From the human T2T-CHM13v2.0 reference genome, Homo sapiens: DNA of 64,000 bases. Below are positions 1 through 14,100 of this stretch, piece after piece. Positions within the stretch are counted from its first letter, which is position 1. Each line of letters opens with the position of its first letter. The notes beneath the pieces were generated by a model. The model searched no databases. It saw only the letters and a list, made by a program, of their open reading frames with translations, and was not told the DNA's origin. Made by a program: the position numbers and the translations under genes. Where the stretch lies: the NCBI RefSeq assembly GCF_009914755.1, contig NC_060929.1. One strand, written 5' to 3'.

Positions 1-1000
1 GAGTAATATCTTCCTAGGATATTATGTATAATATCACAGGGTGTATACTCATGGTGTACCTTCACTGTGATATTAAAAGTAATATCTCCCTAGGATATTA
101 CAAAGAGTATCACAGAGTGTATCCCCACTGTGATAGTAGGAGTAATATCTGCTGAGAATACCATGAATAATATCACAGGTTATACACACATGGTGTACCT
201 CTATTGTGATACTAGGAATAATATCTTCCTAGGATATTACAAATAATATCACAGGGTGTACTTACATTGTGTAACCCCCCTGTGATACCAGGGTTAATAT
301 CTCCCTAGGATATTATGAATAATTTCACATGGTGTACACAGATTGTATATTCTCACTGTGATACAAGGAGTAATATCTCCCTAGGATATTATGAATAATA
401 TCACAGGGTGAACATGCATGATGTACCCCTACTGTGATACTAGGAGTAATATCTCCCTAAGATATTATGAATAATATCAGAGTGTGTAGACACATGGTGC
501 ACCCGCACTGTGATATTAGAAGTACTGTTTCCCTAGGATATTATGAATAATATCATAGGGCATACACACATGGTGTCCCCCCACTGTGATACTAGGAGTG
601 ATATCTTTTTAAGATATTGTAAATAATGTCAAAGGGTTTACACACGTGCTGCACACTCACTGTGATAGTAGGAGTAATATCTCCCTAGGATATTACCAAT
701 AATATCGCAAGGTGTACACACATGGTGTATACCCACTGTGATAATAGAAGTAATATTTTTCAGGATATTACAAATAATATCACAGGGTCTAAAAATATGG
801 TGTACACCAACTGTGCTAGTAGGAGTAATATCTTTGTAGGTTATTACGAATCATATCACAGGGTATACACACATGGTGTACACCCACTGTGAAACTAGGA
901 GTAGTATCTCCCTACGATATAACAAATAGTGTAACAGGGTATACCCATATGGTGTAAACCCACTGTGATATTAGGAGTAATATCTCCCTAGGATATTACG
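1..1000 (+). repeat. Satellite block 1: SATR2-like ~76 bp monomers (type B), running off the window start
   Basis: About 13 diverged tandem copies of GATATTAGGAGTAATATCTCCCTAGGATATTATGAATAATATCACAGGGTGTACACACATGGTGTACACCCACTGT. The doubled GTGTACAC core and CCCTAGG linker distinguish it from block 2. The repeat is seen directly; the family name is from recall. Confidence 0.85.
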
Positions 1001-4000
1001 ATACTGGGAGTAATATCATCTTCTCTTCCCCTGGATATTATGAACTATATCACACGGGATTGTACAACCCCTGCAAAATTTGGAGTATTATCATTCCCCC
1101 TTCCCCTGGATATTATGAAACATATTACAGGGGTGTGTACATTTTCGGCAATACTGGGAGTAATATAATCTCCTCCTCTTTTGGATATTATGAAAAATAT
1201 CACATTGGTGTGTACACCTGCTGCAATATTGGGAGTAACATCATCCCCTCCTGCCTGGATAATATGAACAGTATAATAGAGGAATGTCCACCCTCTGTGA
1301 TATTGCGAGTAATATCGTCTTCTTTCTCCCTGGATATTACATATAATATCACGGTGGGGTGTACACACCCTGCGATATTGGGAGTCATATCATCCCCTCC
1401 CCTTCTGGTATTACAAACCATATCACAGGGGATGTATTCCCACTGCGATGTTGAGAGTAATATCAACTCCTCTTCTCCTGGATATTATGAAAAATGTAAC
1501 AGATGGTGTACACCTTTTGTGATATTGGAGGTAATATTCCCTCCCCCTGTGTATATTATGAACAATATTACAGGAAGATGTACACCCCCTACGATATTAA
1601 GAGTAATATCATCTCCTCCTATTATAGATTTTATGAAAAATATCACAGGGGAGTATACACCCCTGCGATACTGGGAGAAATATCATCCCCTATTTTTCTG
1701 ATATTATGAACAATATCACAGGGGGTGTATACCCCCTGTGATATTGGGAGTAATATCATCCCTCCCACCCTGGATATTATGAAATATTACAGAGGGTGTA
1801 CACCTGCGATATTGGGCATAATATCATCATCTCCTTCCCTGGATATTACAAACAACATCACAGGGGTGTGTACAACCCCTGCGATATTGGGAGTAATATC
1901 ATCCTCTTGGCGCCTAGATATTATGAACAATATCACAGAAGGGTGTACACACCCTGCGATATTGTGAGTAATATGATCATCTCTCTCACTGGTTATTATG
2001 AACAGTATCACAGAGGGGTGTACAATCCCTGTGATATTGGGAATAATATCCTCTTCTCTCTTCCAAAATATTACCAACAGTGTCACAGTGGGATGTACAC
2101 CCTCTGGGATATTGGGAGTAATATCATGCTCTCCTTTCTGTATATTATGAACAATATCAGGGAGAGTGTGCACACAGGGTGTTTATGATATTGGAAGCAA
2201 TATCATCCTTTCCTCCCTTGGATATTATGATCAACGTCAGAGGGGGTTGGACACTCCCTGCGATATTGAGAGTAATAGCATCCTATCCACCCCTGGATAT
2301 TATGAACAATATCACAGGGGGTTGGAGGCCCCCTGTGATATTGGGAGTAATGTAATCATCTTTCCCCCTGTCTATTACAAACAATATAACAGGAGGGTGG
2401 ACACCCTCTGCCATATTGGAATTATATTATCCTCTCCCACCTGGATATTACAAACAATATCACAGGAAAGTGGAAAACCTTTTCGATATTGGGAGTAATA
2501 TCATCCTCTTTATTCCTGAATATTACCAACAATATCACAGGGAAGTGGACACCCCTGCGATATTGGGGCTAATATCACCCTCCCTTCCCCTTTATGTTAT
2601 GAACAATATCACAGTGGGGTGTCCATCTCCCGCGATGTTGGGAGTAGTATCATCCTCTCCTCCCCTGGATTTTACAAACAGTATCACAGGGCGGTATACA
2701 TCCCCTGCAATAATGGGAGTAATGTGATCCTCTCCCCTTACTGGATATTACGAACAATATCACAGGGAGGTGTACACCCCCTGCGATATTGAGAGTAATA
2801 TCATCCTCTCCCCCACTGGATATAATGAACAATATCACAGAGGGGTGTACACCCCCTGGGATATTCGGAGTAATATAATCCTTTCCCCCCTTGGATATTA
2901 CCAACAATATTACAGGGGAAGGTATACCCTTTGCGATTTTTGGAGTAATACTATCCTCTCCTGCCCTGGATGTTATAAACAATAACAAACAGGGGTGTAT
3001 TCCCCCCCGTGATATTGGGAGTAATGTCATCCTTTCCCTTCTGGATATTACAAGCAATATCAAAGGGAGTGTACACACATGCTGTTTATGATATTGGGAG
3101 TAATATAGTCCTCTCCTCCCCTGGATATTACAATCAACATCACAGGGCGGTGGAACCCCCCTGTGATATTGGGAGTAATATCACCCTCTCAAACCCTGGA
3201 TATTAGGAACAATATCACAGGGAGGTGGACACCCCCTGCGATACTGGGAGTAATATCACCCACTCCCCACCCTGGATATTACGAACAATATCAGAGGGGG
3301 CTGGACAAACCCTGCGATATTGCGAGCAATATCATCCTCTCTTCCCTGGATATTACAAAGAATATCACAGAGTGATGGACAACCCTCACAATTATTGGAG
3401 TTATATTATTCTCTCCCTGCCTGGATATTACAAACAATATCACAGGGAAGTGGACAACCCCTGCGATATTTGGTGTAATATTATCCTCTTCCTTCCTGGA
3501 TATTGCCAACAATATCATAGGGAAGTGGACACCCCTTGCGACATTGGGAGGAATATCATTCTCTTTGCCCCTGGACATTATGAAAAATATCACAGCGGGG
3601 TGTACACGCTCTGCGATATTGGGAGTAATATTATGCCCTCCTTCCCTGGATATTACGAGCAATATCACAGGAAGATGTACACTCCTTGCGATATTGGGAC
3701 TAATGTCATACTCTCTTTCTCTTGATATCATGAACAATATCATAGGGGGTGTACACCTCCTTCAATATTGGGAATATCATCCTCTTCTCCCTGGATATTA
3801 TGAAAAATATCACAGAGAATGTACACACAGCGTGTTTACAATATTTGGAGAAATGTCCTTCTCTTCCACCCTGGATATTGAGAACAATCTCAGGAGGGTG
3901 CACATACCCTGTGATATTGGAAGTAATGTCATCCTCTTCCCCCTGGATATTCCAAAAAATATCAGAGAAGGGTGTACACCCGCTGCGATATTGGCAGTAA

Positions 4001-7000
4001 TGTCATCCTCCCCACCTGGATATTTCGAACAAAATCAAAGGGGTGTGCACGCCCCCTTTAACAGCATTGTCATTTTCTTCCCCCCTGGATATTTCGAACA
4101 ATATCAGAAGAGGTGCACACCCACTATGATATTGTCAGTAATGTCATCCTCTCCCTGTCTGATTACTGCAAACAATATCACAGGGGGGTGTATATTCCTT
4201 ACGACATTAACAGTAATGTCATCGGCTTCCCCACTGGATATAGCGAAAAATATCACAGGGGAGTGTACACCCCCTGCAATTTTTGGCAGTAATGTCATCC
4301 TCTCCCGCCCTGGATATTACTAACAATATCACCAGGAATTGTACAATCCCAGCGATATTGGCAGTAATGTCATCCTTTCCCTTTCTGGATATTACGAACA
4401 ATATCACAAGAAGGTGTACACCCCTTGAGATATTGAAATTAATGCAATTCTCTTCCCCTCAGGAAAATACGAACAATGTCAGAGGGGGGTGTACACCCCC
4501 TGCAATATTGGCAGTAATGTCATCCTCTTCCCTTCTGAATATTACAAACAATATCACAGGGGGTGAACACCCTGTGCGATACTGAGAGTAATATCATCCT
4601 CTCCCCACGTAGATATTATGAATAACATCATGGGGAGGTTTACACCCCCTGCGATATTGAAAGTAATATTATTTTTTTCCTTTGTGGATATTGCGAACAA
4701 TATTACAGGGAGGTGTACCCCTCTGAGATTTGTGAGTAAAAGCATCCTCTCTCCCCCCGGATATTATGAACAATATCACAGGGGGGTATACACTCCCTGC
4801 GATGTTGAGAGTAATATCATCCTCTCCACCCCTGGAAACTACGAACAATAGTACAGGAAAGTTTCCACCCCCCGGGATATTGGGAGTAATATGATCCTCT
4901 CCTCCACTGAATATGCTGAACAATATCACAGAAAAGTGTACACCCCCTGCAATATTGAAAGTAATATCATCCTCTCCCCTCCTGGATATTCCTAATAATA
5001 TCACAGGGGGGTTTACACCACTGCAATATTGGGAGTAATATAATCCTTTCTTTGCCTGGATATTCCAAATAATATCACAGAGGTTTGTACACTCCCTGTG
5101 ATATTGGGTGTAATATCATTCTCTCCCGCCCTGGATATTACAAACAATATCACAGCTGGGTGTACACCTTCTGCGATATTGGGAGTAATATCATCCTCTT
5201 CCTCTCTGGATATTCCACACAATATCACAGAGGGGTGTACACCTTCTGCAATATTTAAAGTAATATCATCTTCTCCCCCCCCGAATATTCAGAAGAATAT
5301 CACAAAAGTTTTACAACCCCTGTGATATTGGAAGTAATATCATCCTCTCCCTTCCTGCATATTCCGAACAATATCATAGGGAGGTGTACACCCACTTTGA
5401 TATTGGAAGCGTTATCATCCTCTCCCTCCCGAATATGCCAGACAAAATCACTGGGGGGTGTATACCCCCCGGGATATAGGGAGTATCATCCTCTTCTCCC
5501 CTGAATATTCTGAACAATAACACAAAGGGGGTGTACACCTCCTGTGATATTGGGAGCAATATCATCCTTTCCCCCCCCCCTCGATATTTCAAACAATATG
5601 ACAGGGGAGTGTATAACCCTGCGATATTGGAAGTAATATTATCCTCTCCCCCCGCTGAATATTCTGAACAACATCACAGGGTGGTGTACACCCTCTGCGA
5701 TATTGCAAGTAATATCCTTTCCCCTCCCTGGATATTTTGAACAATATCACAGGGGGTGCACACACCCTGCGCTATTGGGAGTTATATTATCCTCCCCCTC
5801 TGGATATTGGGAACAATATCACAAAAGGGTATACACCCCCTGTGATATTAAGAGTAATATCATCCTCTCCCCCACTGAATATTAGGAACAATATCACTGA
5901 GAGGTGGACACCCCCAATGATATTTTGTGTAATATCATCCTATCTTCCGCTAGACATTACGAATGATACCAGAGCGGGGTGTACGCTGTCTGCAATATTG
6001 GGGGTAATATTATCATCCCCTCTACTGGATACTACGAACACTATCACAGGGAAGTGTACACCTTCTGCAATATTGAAAGTAATGTCATCCTCTCTCCCCC
6101 TGGATATTATGAAAAATATCACGGGGGGTGTACACCCCCTGTGATATTGGGAGTAATATAATCCTCTTCCCCCTGGATATTATGAACAATATCACAAGGA
6201 AGTGTACACATTCTAGGATATTAGGAGTAATATCGAACTCTCCTTTCCTGGATATTACAAACAGTATCACAGGGGGGTGTACACCCCCTGCGATATTGGA
6301 AGTAACATCATCTTTTCCCCAATGATATTACAAACAATACCACAGGTGGGCGCACACTTCCTGAGATATTGGGAGTAATATCATCCTCTCCCCTCCGGGA
6401 TGTTGGGAGTAATATTCTCTCTCCGCCTGGATATTCCGAACAATATCACAGGAAGGTGTACACCTTCTGCGATATTGGGAGTACTATCATTCTCTCTCCA
6501 CTGGATATTCCGAACAATATCACAGGGGGTTCTATATCCCCTGGGATATTTGGATAATATCATTCTCTCCCCTTCTGAATATTCTGAACAATATCACAAA
6601 GTGGTGTACACCTCATGCGATATTGGGAGTCATATCATTCTCTACACCCCTGGATATTCTGATCAATATCACAAAGGGGTGTACACCCCCTGCGATATTG
6701 AGAGTAATAGTATCCTCTCCCTTCCGGGTTATTAAGAACAATATCACAGGGGGGTGTACACCCCTGCGATATTGGGAGTAATATTACAAACGATATCACA
6801 GGGGAATGGACAACCCCTGTGATATTTGAAGTAATATCCTCTCCTTACCTGGACATTACTAGCAACATCAGAGGGGGTTATAACCCCCCTGCAATATTTA
6901 AAGTAATACCATCCTCGTTTCCCCTGGATATTATGAACAATATCACACAAGAGTGTACCCACCCTGTGATAGTGAAAGTAATATAATCCTCTCCCACCCT

Positions 7001-10000
7001 GGTTATTATGAACAGTATCACAGGGGGTGTATGCTCCCTGTGATACTGGAAATAATATCATCCTCTCGTCCCCTGGATATTACAAACAATATCACATTGG
7101 GGTGTACACCCCCCATGATATTGAGAGTAATATCATTCCCCCCCCCGGATATTACAAACGATGTCACAGTGGGTGTACACACAGGGTGTTTACGATATTA
7201 AGAGTAATATCATCTCCTCTGATTGATATTATGAAGAATATCACAGGGGTTGTTCACCCCCTACGATATTGACAGTAATGTCATCTTCTCCCCCCTAGAT
7301 ATTACTAACAATATAACAGGGAGGTGTATGATCCTGTGATATTGGCAGTCATGTCATCCTCTCCCCCCATGAACATTATGAACAAAATCACAGAGGGGTG
7401 TACATCCCCTGAGATATTGGGAATAACGTCATCCTCTTCCCCCTGGATATTAAGAACAATATGACAGGGTGTGTGCATTCTCTGCGATATTGGCAGTAAT
7501 ATCATCCTCTCCCCCACTGGATATTACAAACAATATCACAGGAGGGTGTACCCCCTCTGCGATATTGGGAGTAATGTCATCCTATCCACGCTCCCCCTGG
7601 ATACTATGAACGATATCACAGGGGGGTGTACTTTCCTGCACTATTGGGAGTAATTTCATCTTTTTTTCCCTTGGATATGACACACAGTATCACAGGGAAG
7701 TGTACGCCCCCAGCGATATTGGAAGTAATGTCATCATTTCCCTCCCTGGATATTGCGAACAATATCACAGGGGTGCCCCTGTGATATTGGGAGTAATGTA
7801 ATTCTCTCCCCCTCGAATATTACAAACCCAATATCATAGGGTTGTACACCCCCCTGCGATATTGGGAGTAATATTATCTTCTCCCCATCTTAATGTTACG
7901 AACATTATAACAGGGGGGTATACACTCCCTGCGATATTGGGGGTAATATCATCCTCTTTCGCCTTGAATGTTACAAACAATATCACAGGGGAGTGTACAA
8001 CCCTACGATATTGGGTATAACATTATCCTCACCTTTTCTGGAAATTACGAACAATATCACTGGGGGGTGAACACTCCCTGTGATATTGGGAGTAACATAA
8101 TCCTGTCTTCCTCTGGATATTATTAACAATATCACAGGGGAGTGTACACGCCCTGCTATATTGGGAGTAACGTTATCCTCTTCCCTCCGGATATTCCAAA
8201 CAACGTCAGAGGGTAGTGTACAACCCCTGCGATATTGAAAGTAATATCTTCTTCCCTCCTGGATATTGTTAACAATATCACAAAGGAGTGTACACCCCCT
8301 GTGATATCAGAAGTAATACCAACCTCTCCCTGCCTGGATATTCTGAACAATATCACAGGGAGGTGTACACCCCCTGTGATATTGGGAGTATTATCATCCT
8401 CTCCCCTCTGGATATTCGGAAATATATCACAGGTGGTTGTACACCTCCTGCGATATTGAAAGTAATATGATCCTCTCCATCCTGAATATTCCAAACAATA
8501 TCACAGGCGGGTGTACACTTCCTGCGATATTGACAGTAATATAATCCTCTCTTCCTCTGAATATTCTGAACAATATCACAAAGAGGTGTACATCCCCTAT
8601 GATATTGAAAGTAATATCACCCTCTCCCCCCTGTATATTTTGAACAATATCACAGGTGTTTTACATCCAATGCTATATTGGAAGTAACATTATCTCCCCC
8701 CCTGGATATTTCGAGCAATAAGACAGAGGAGTGTAAACCCACTGCAATACTGGAAGTAATATTATCCTCTCCACCCTGGATATTATTAACAATATCACAA
8801 TGGGGTATATACCCCCTGTGATATTGAGAGTAATATCATCCTCTACCCTTCTGAATATTCTGAACAATATCACAAAGAGGTGTATACCCCGGTGATATCG
8901 GGAGTAATATCATCATCTCCCCTGGTTATTTTGAACAATATCACAGAGGGTTGTACAGCTCCTGTGATATTTGGAGTAATATTATCCTCTCCCCACCTGG
9001 TATTCCAAGCAATATCACAGCTTCTGCGATATTAAGAATAATATCATCCTCTTCCCCCTTGATATTCCAAACAATATACCATGGGGACGTAGAACCCTGC
9101 AATATTTGGAGTCATATTATTCTCTCCCCACTTAAATATTCTGAACAATATTACAGGGAGTTGTACACCCTCTGCGGTATTAGGAGTAATATCTTTTTTT
9201 CCTCCCTGGATATCCTGAACAATATCACTGGGAGGTGTACAACCCCTGCGATATTTGGAGTAATATCATCCTCTCCCCCTTGATATTCCCAACAATGACA
9301 CATGAGGGTGTACATCCCCTGCGATATTGGGGGTAATATCATCCTCTCCTCTCCTGGATATTCTGAACAATATCATGGGGGGTTGTACATTCCCTGCAAT
9401 ATTGGGAGTAACATCATCCTCTCCTTCTTTAAATATTCTGAACAATATCACAAAGGGATGTACACCCCCTGTGATATTTGGAGAAATAGCATCCTGTCTC
9501 TCTCCTGGATATTGAGAACAATATTACAGGGGATTTTACATCTCCTGTGATATTGGGAGTAATATAATCCTCTCCCCTCCTTGATATTACCAAATATATC
9601 ACAGTGGGGAATACACCCCATGTGATATTGGGAGTAATATCATCCTCTCCCTTTTTGGATATTGTGAAAAATATCACAAGGGGGTGTACACATACTGCAA
9701 TATTGCAAATAATATCATAGTCTTCCCTCCTGGATATTATGAACAACATCACAGGGGATGTACACTCCCTGCGATATTGGAAGTAATATCAAACTGTCCT
9801 TAGCTGAACATTATGAACAATACCACTGAGGGTGTACACACAGGGTGTTTATGATATTGTTAGTAATATCATCTCCCCTTCTGGATTTCATGATCAGTAT
9901 CACAGAAAGGAGTTCAACCCCTGCAATATTAGGAGTAATATTATCCTCTCCTCCCCTGGATATTATGAACAGTATTTCATAAAAGTGTATACCCCCTGAA

Positions 10001-11169
10001 TTATTGGGTGTATTATCATCCTCTACCCCCTTGGATATTATGAACAGTTTAACAGGCGGGTGTACACACCAGGTGATATTGGGAGTAATATCCTCTCATC
10101 CCAGGATATTACAAACATTATCACAGGGAGGTGGACATCCTCTGTTATGTTGAGAATAATATCATCCTCTCCCCCCATGGAAATTACAAACAATATCACA
10201 GAGGGTGTACACATAGGGTGTTTATAATATTGGGAGTAATATCATCTCTCCACTTGGATATTATGAACAATATAACACAGGGATGTACACCCCCTGCGAT
10301 ATTGGGAGTAATATCATCCTCTTCCCCCCTGGATATTACAAACAATATCACAGATGGATTTACACCCGTTGCAAGATTGGGAGTAATATAATCTTCTCCC
10401 CTCCTGGATATTATGAACAATATCACAGGAGAGTGTACACCCCCTGCGATATTGGGAGTAATATTATCCTCTCACTTTTAAATATTACAAACAATATGAC
10501 AGGGGAATGTACACGCCCTGCAATGATGGGATTAATATCATCTTCTCCTGCCTGGAGATTACGAACATTATATCACAGGCAGGTGTACACACCCTGAGAT
10601 ATTGGGAGTAATATCATCCTCTCCTTCCTGGATATTACGAGCAATATCACGGAGGTTGTACAGACAGACAGGGTGTTTACAATGTAGAGGGAAATACAAT
10701 CTTCCCCCCTGAATAATAAGAACAATATCCCCGCAATATGGGGGAGTAATGTCACCCTCTCTCCCCCGAATATTATGAACCATATCACAGAGGGGTGTAC
10801 GCTCCCCATGATATGGGGAGTAATATACCCTCCCCGCTAGATATTACAAACCATATCACAAGGGGGTGTAAACCACCCGCAATATGGGGAGTAGTATCAC
10901 ACTCACCCCACCGTTGATATTACGAACCATATTACAGAGTGTGTACACCCCTTGCTATAAAGGGAGTAATATAACCCTCTCCACTCCCTAGATATTAGAA
11001 ATTATATCACACCCCTTGCGATATGTGGAGTAATATCACCCTCTCCCCCCGGATATTATGGACCATATCACAGTGGGGTGGACACCGCTGCGATGTGGGA
11101 AATAATATTATGCTCTCCCACTGACTCGGATATTACAAACCGTATCACAGCGGGCCATACACCCCCTGC

Positions 11170-14100
11170 GATATTGGGAGTAAAATCATCCTCTCCCGCC
11201 CTGTATATTAGGAACAATATCACAGGAGGGGTGTACATTCTTTGAGATATTGGTAGGAAGTAAAATCATTCTCTCTTCAGTTGGATATTAAAAACAATAT
11301 CACAGGTGAGGTGTACACCTCCTGTGATAATGGGAGTAATATCATCCTTCCCCCCTCCCCAGATGTTAGGAACAATATCATATTGTGGGTATACACTCTA
11401 TTGACAGTAATATCATCATCATCCCCATGGATAATAGAAACAATATCACAAGCGAAGTGTACAATGCCTACGATATTGGGAGTAGTATCATCCTCTCCCC
11501 CACTGGAATTAGAAACAGTATCATGGGAGAAGGGTGTACACCTTCTGTGATATTGGGAGTAATAACGTCCTCTTTTCCCCTCGCTATTAGGGGCAATATC
11601 ACAGGGAGAGTGTACACCCCCTGCGATACAGGGAGTAATATCATCTTCTCACCTCCTTATATTAGGAACTATATCACAGGGTGGGGGGTGTACAATTTTT
11701 AGGATCTTGATCGTAATACCCTTGTCTGTCCCCCTGGATAACAGGAACAATATCACAAGTGGGGTGTACAACCCCTACGATATTGGGGGTAATATCATCC
11801 TCTCCCCCTCGGATATTAGTGAATATATCACAGTGGGGGATGTACACGACCTGTGATATTGAGAGTAATATCATTTTCTCCCCCCCCCCCCCCCGGGTAT
11901 TAAGAACAATATTACAAGGTGTTTGTATGCCCTCTGCGATATTGGAAGTAACAGCATTCTTTCCCTCCCTGGATATTAGGAACAATATCACAGGGGTTGT
12001 GTACAACACTTGCGATATTGAGAGTAATATCATCCTCTTTCCCCTTGGATATTAGAAACAATACCACTGGGGTGGTGTACACCACCTGCGTAATTAGGAG
12101 TAATGTTATTTTGTCCCCATCTGGATATTAGGAACAGTATCACAAGAGAGGGGTACAGCCCCTGTGATATTTGGAGTAATTTTATTATCTCCCCCCACTG
12201 GTTGTTAGGAACAATATCACAGGTGTGGTGTACACACCCTTCGATATAGGGAGTAATATTATTCTCTTTCACATTGATATTAAAACAATATAGTAGGGGT
12301 GTGTACACCCTCTGTGATATTGGGAGTAATATTATCCTGTCTTCCCATGGATATTAAGAACAATATCACAGGGGGGTGTACAGCTTTTGCAATATTGAAA
12401 GTAATATCATCCTCTTTCCCCTGGATATTAGGAAGAATATCACAGGAGGAATGTACACCTTTTGCAATATTGGGAGTAATGTCATCCTTTCCCCTCCTTG
12501 ATTTCAGGAACAATATCACACGGCTGGTGTACACCTTCTGCGATATTGAAAGTAATATTATCCTCTCTTCCCTTGGATATTACGAACAATATTAGAGGGA
12601 AGGGGTTACACTTTCTGCACTATTTGGAGAAATATCATCTCCCTGCCCTGGATATTAGGAACAAAGTTACAAGGGAGGTGTTCACCCCCTGCGATATTGG
12701 GAGTCATATCACCCACTGTCCCACTGGATATTGAAAACAATATCACAGGAAGTGTGTACACACCCTGCGATATTGAAAGTAATACCATTCTTTTCCTCCC
12801 TGGACTTTAGGAAATATATCACAGGGTGGGTGTACACTTCCTGTGACATTGGAATAATATGAGCCTCTTATCCTTTGTATATTAGAAACAGTATCACAGC
12901 AGTGGTGTACACTCCCTGAGATATTGGAAGTACTGTCATCCTCTCCCTCGCAGGATATTAGAAACCGTATCACAGGAATGTGTACACCCCCTGCAATATT
13001 GGGAGTAATATTATCCTCTCATTCCGTGGATGGTAAAAACAATATATCAGGGGGGATGTACAGCCCCTGCGATATTGGGAGTAATATCATGCTCTCCACC
13101 TCTGGATATTAGGAACAATGTCACATGAAGTTGTACACCCACTGCGATATAGGGAGTATTATCTTCTCCACACCTGGATATCAGAAACAATGTCACAGAA
13201 ATGGTGTACATCCTCTGTGATTTTGGGAGTAATATCCACCCCTCCCCCAGATATTAGGAACAATATAACAGGGGGGTGTGTACACCACCCTCGATATTGG
13301 GAGTACTATCATGCTTTTCTTCCCCTGGATATTAGAAACACCCCCTGCGATATTGTGTACACCCCCTGCGATACAGAGAGTCATATCATCCTCTCCTTCC
13401 CTGGATAGTAGGAACAATATAACAGCTATGGTGTACACCCGTGCGATATTAGGAATGATATCATCCTCTTCCCACATGGATATTAGGAACAATATTAGAA
13501 GGGAACGGTTACACCCACGGTGATTTCAGGAGTAATGTCACCCTCTCCACCCCAGATATTATGAACCGTATCACAGGGGAGTGAACACCTCCCTCGATGT
13601 GAGGAGTAATATCACCCTCTCCCCCCCTGGATATTACAAACCATATCACAGAAGGGTGTATGCCCCCTGCAATATGGGGAGTAATATCGCCCTATACCCC
13701 CATAGATATTATGAACCATATCACAGGGAGGGTGTACACCCCCCCAGTGTAGGGAGTAATATCATCCTCTTCCCTCCTGGATATTACGAACCGTATCACA
13801 GGTGTTTGTACAACCCCTGCAGTATGGGGAGTAATATCACCCTCTCCATCCCTGAATATTATGAACCATATCACATGGGGTGTACATCCCCTGCAATATG
13901 GGGAATAATATCACCCTCTCCCCACTGGATATTAACCATATCGCAGGGGGTTGCACATCCCCTGTGATATGTGGAGTAATATCACCTTCTCCCTTCCTGG
14001 ATATTAAGAACCATATCACAGGGGGTGTACACTCCAGGTATTTACAATATTGAAAGTAATATATTGTGCCCTCTGGGTATTAGAAACAACATCACCCTGG

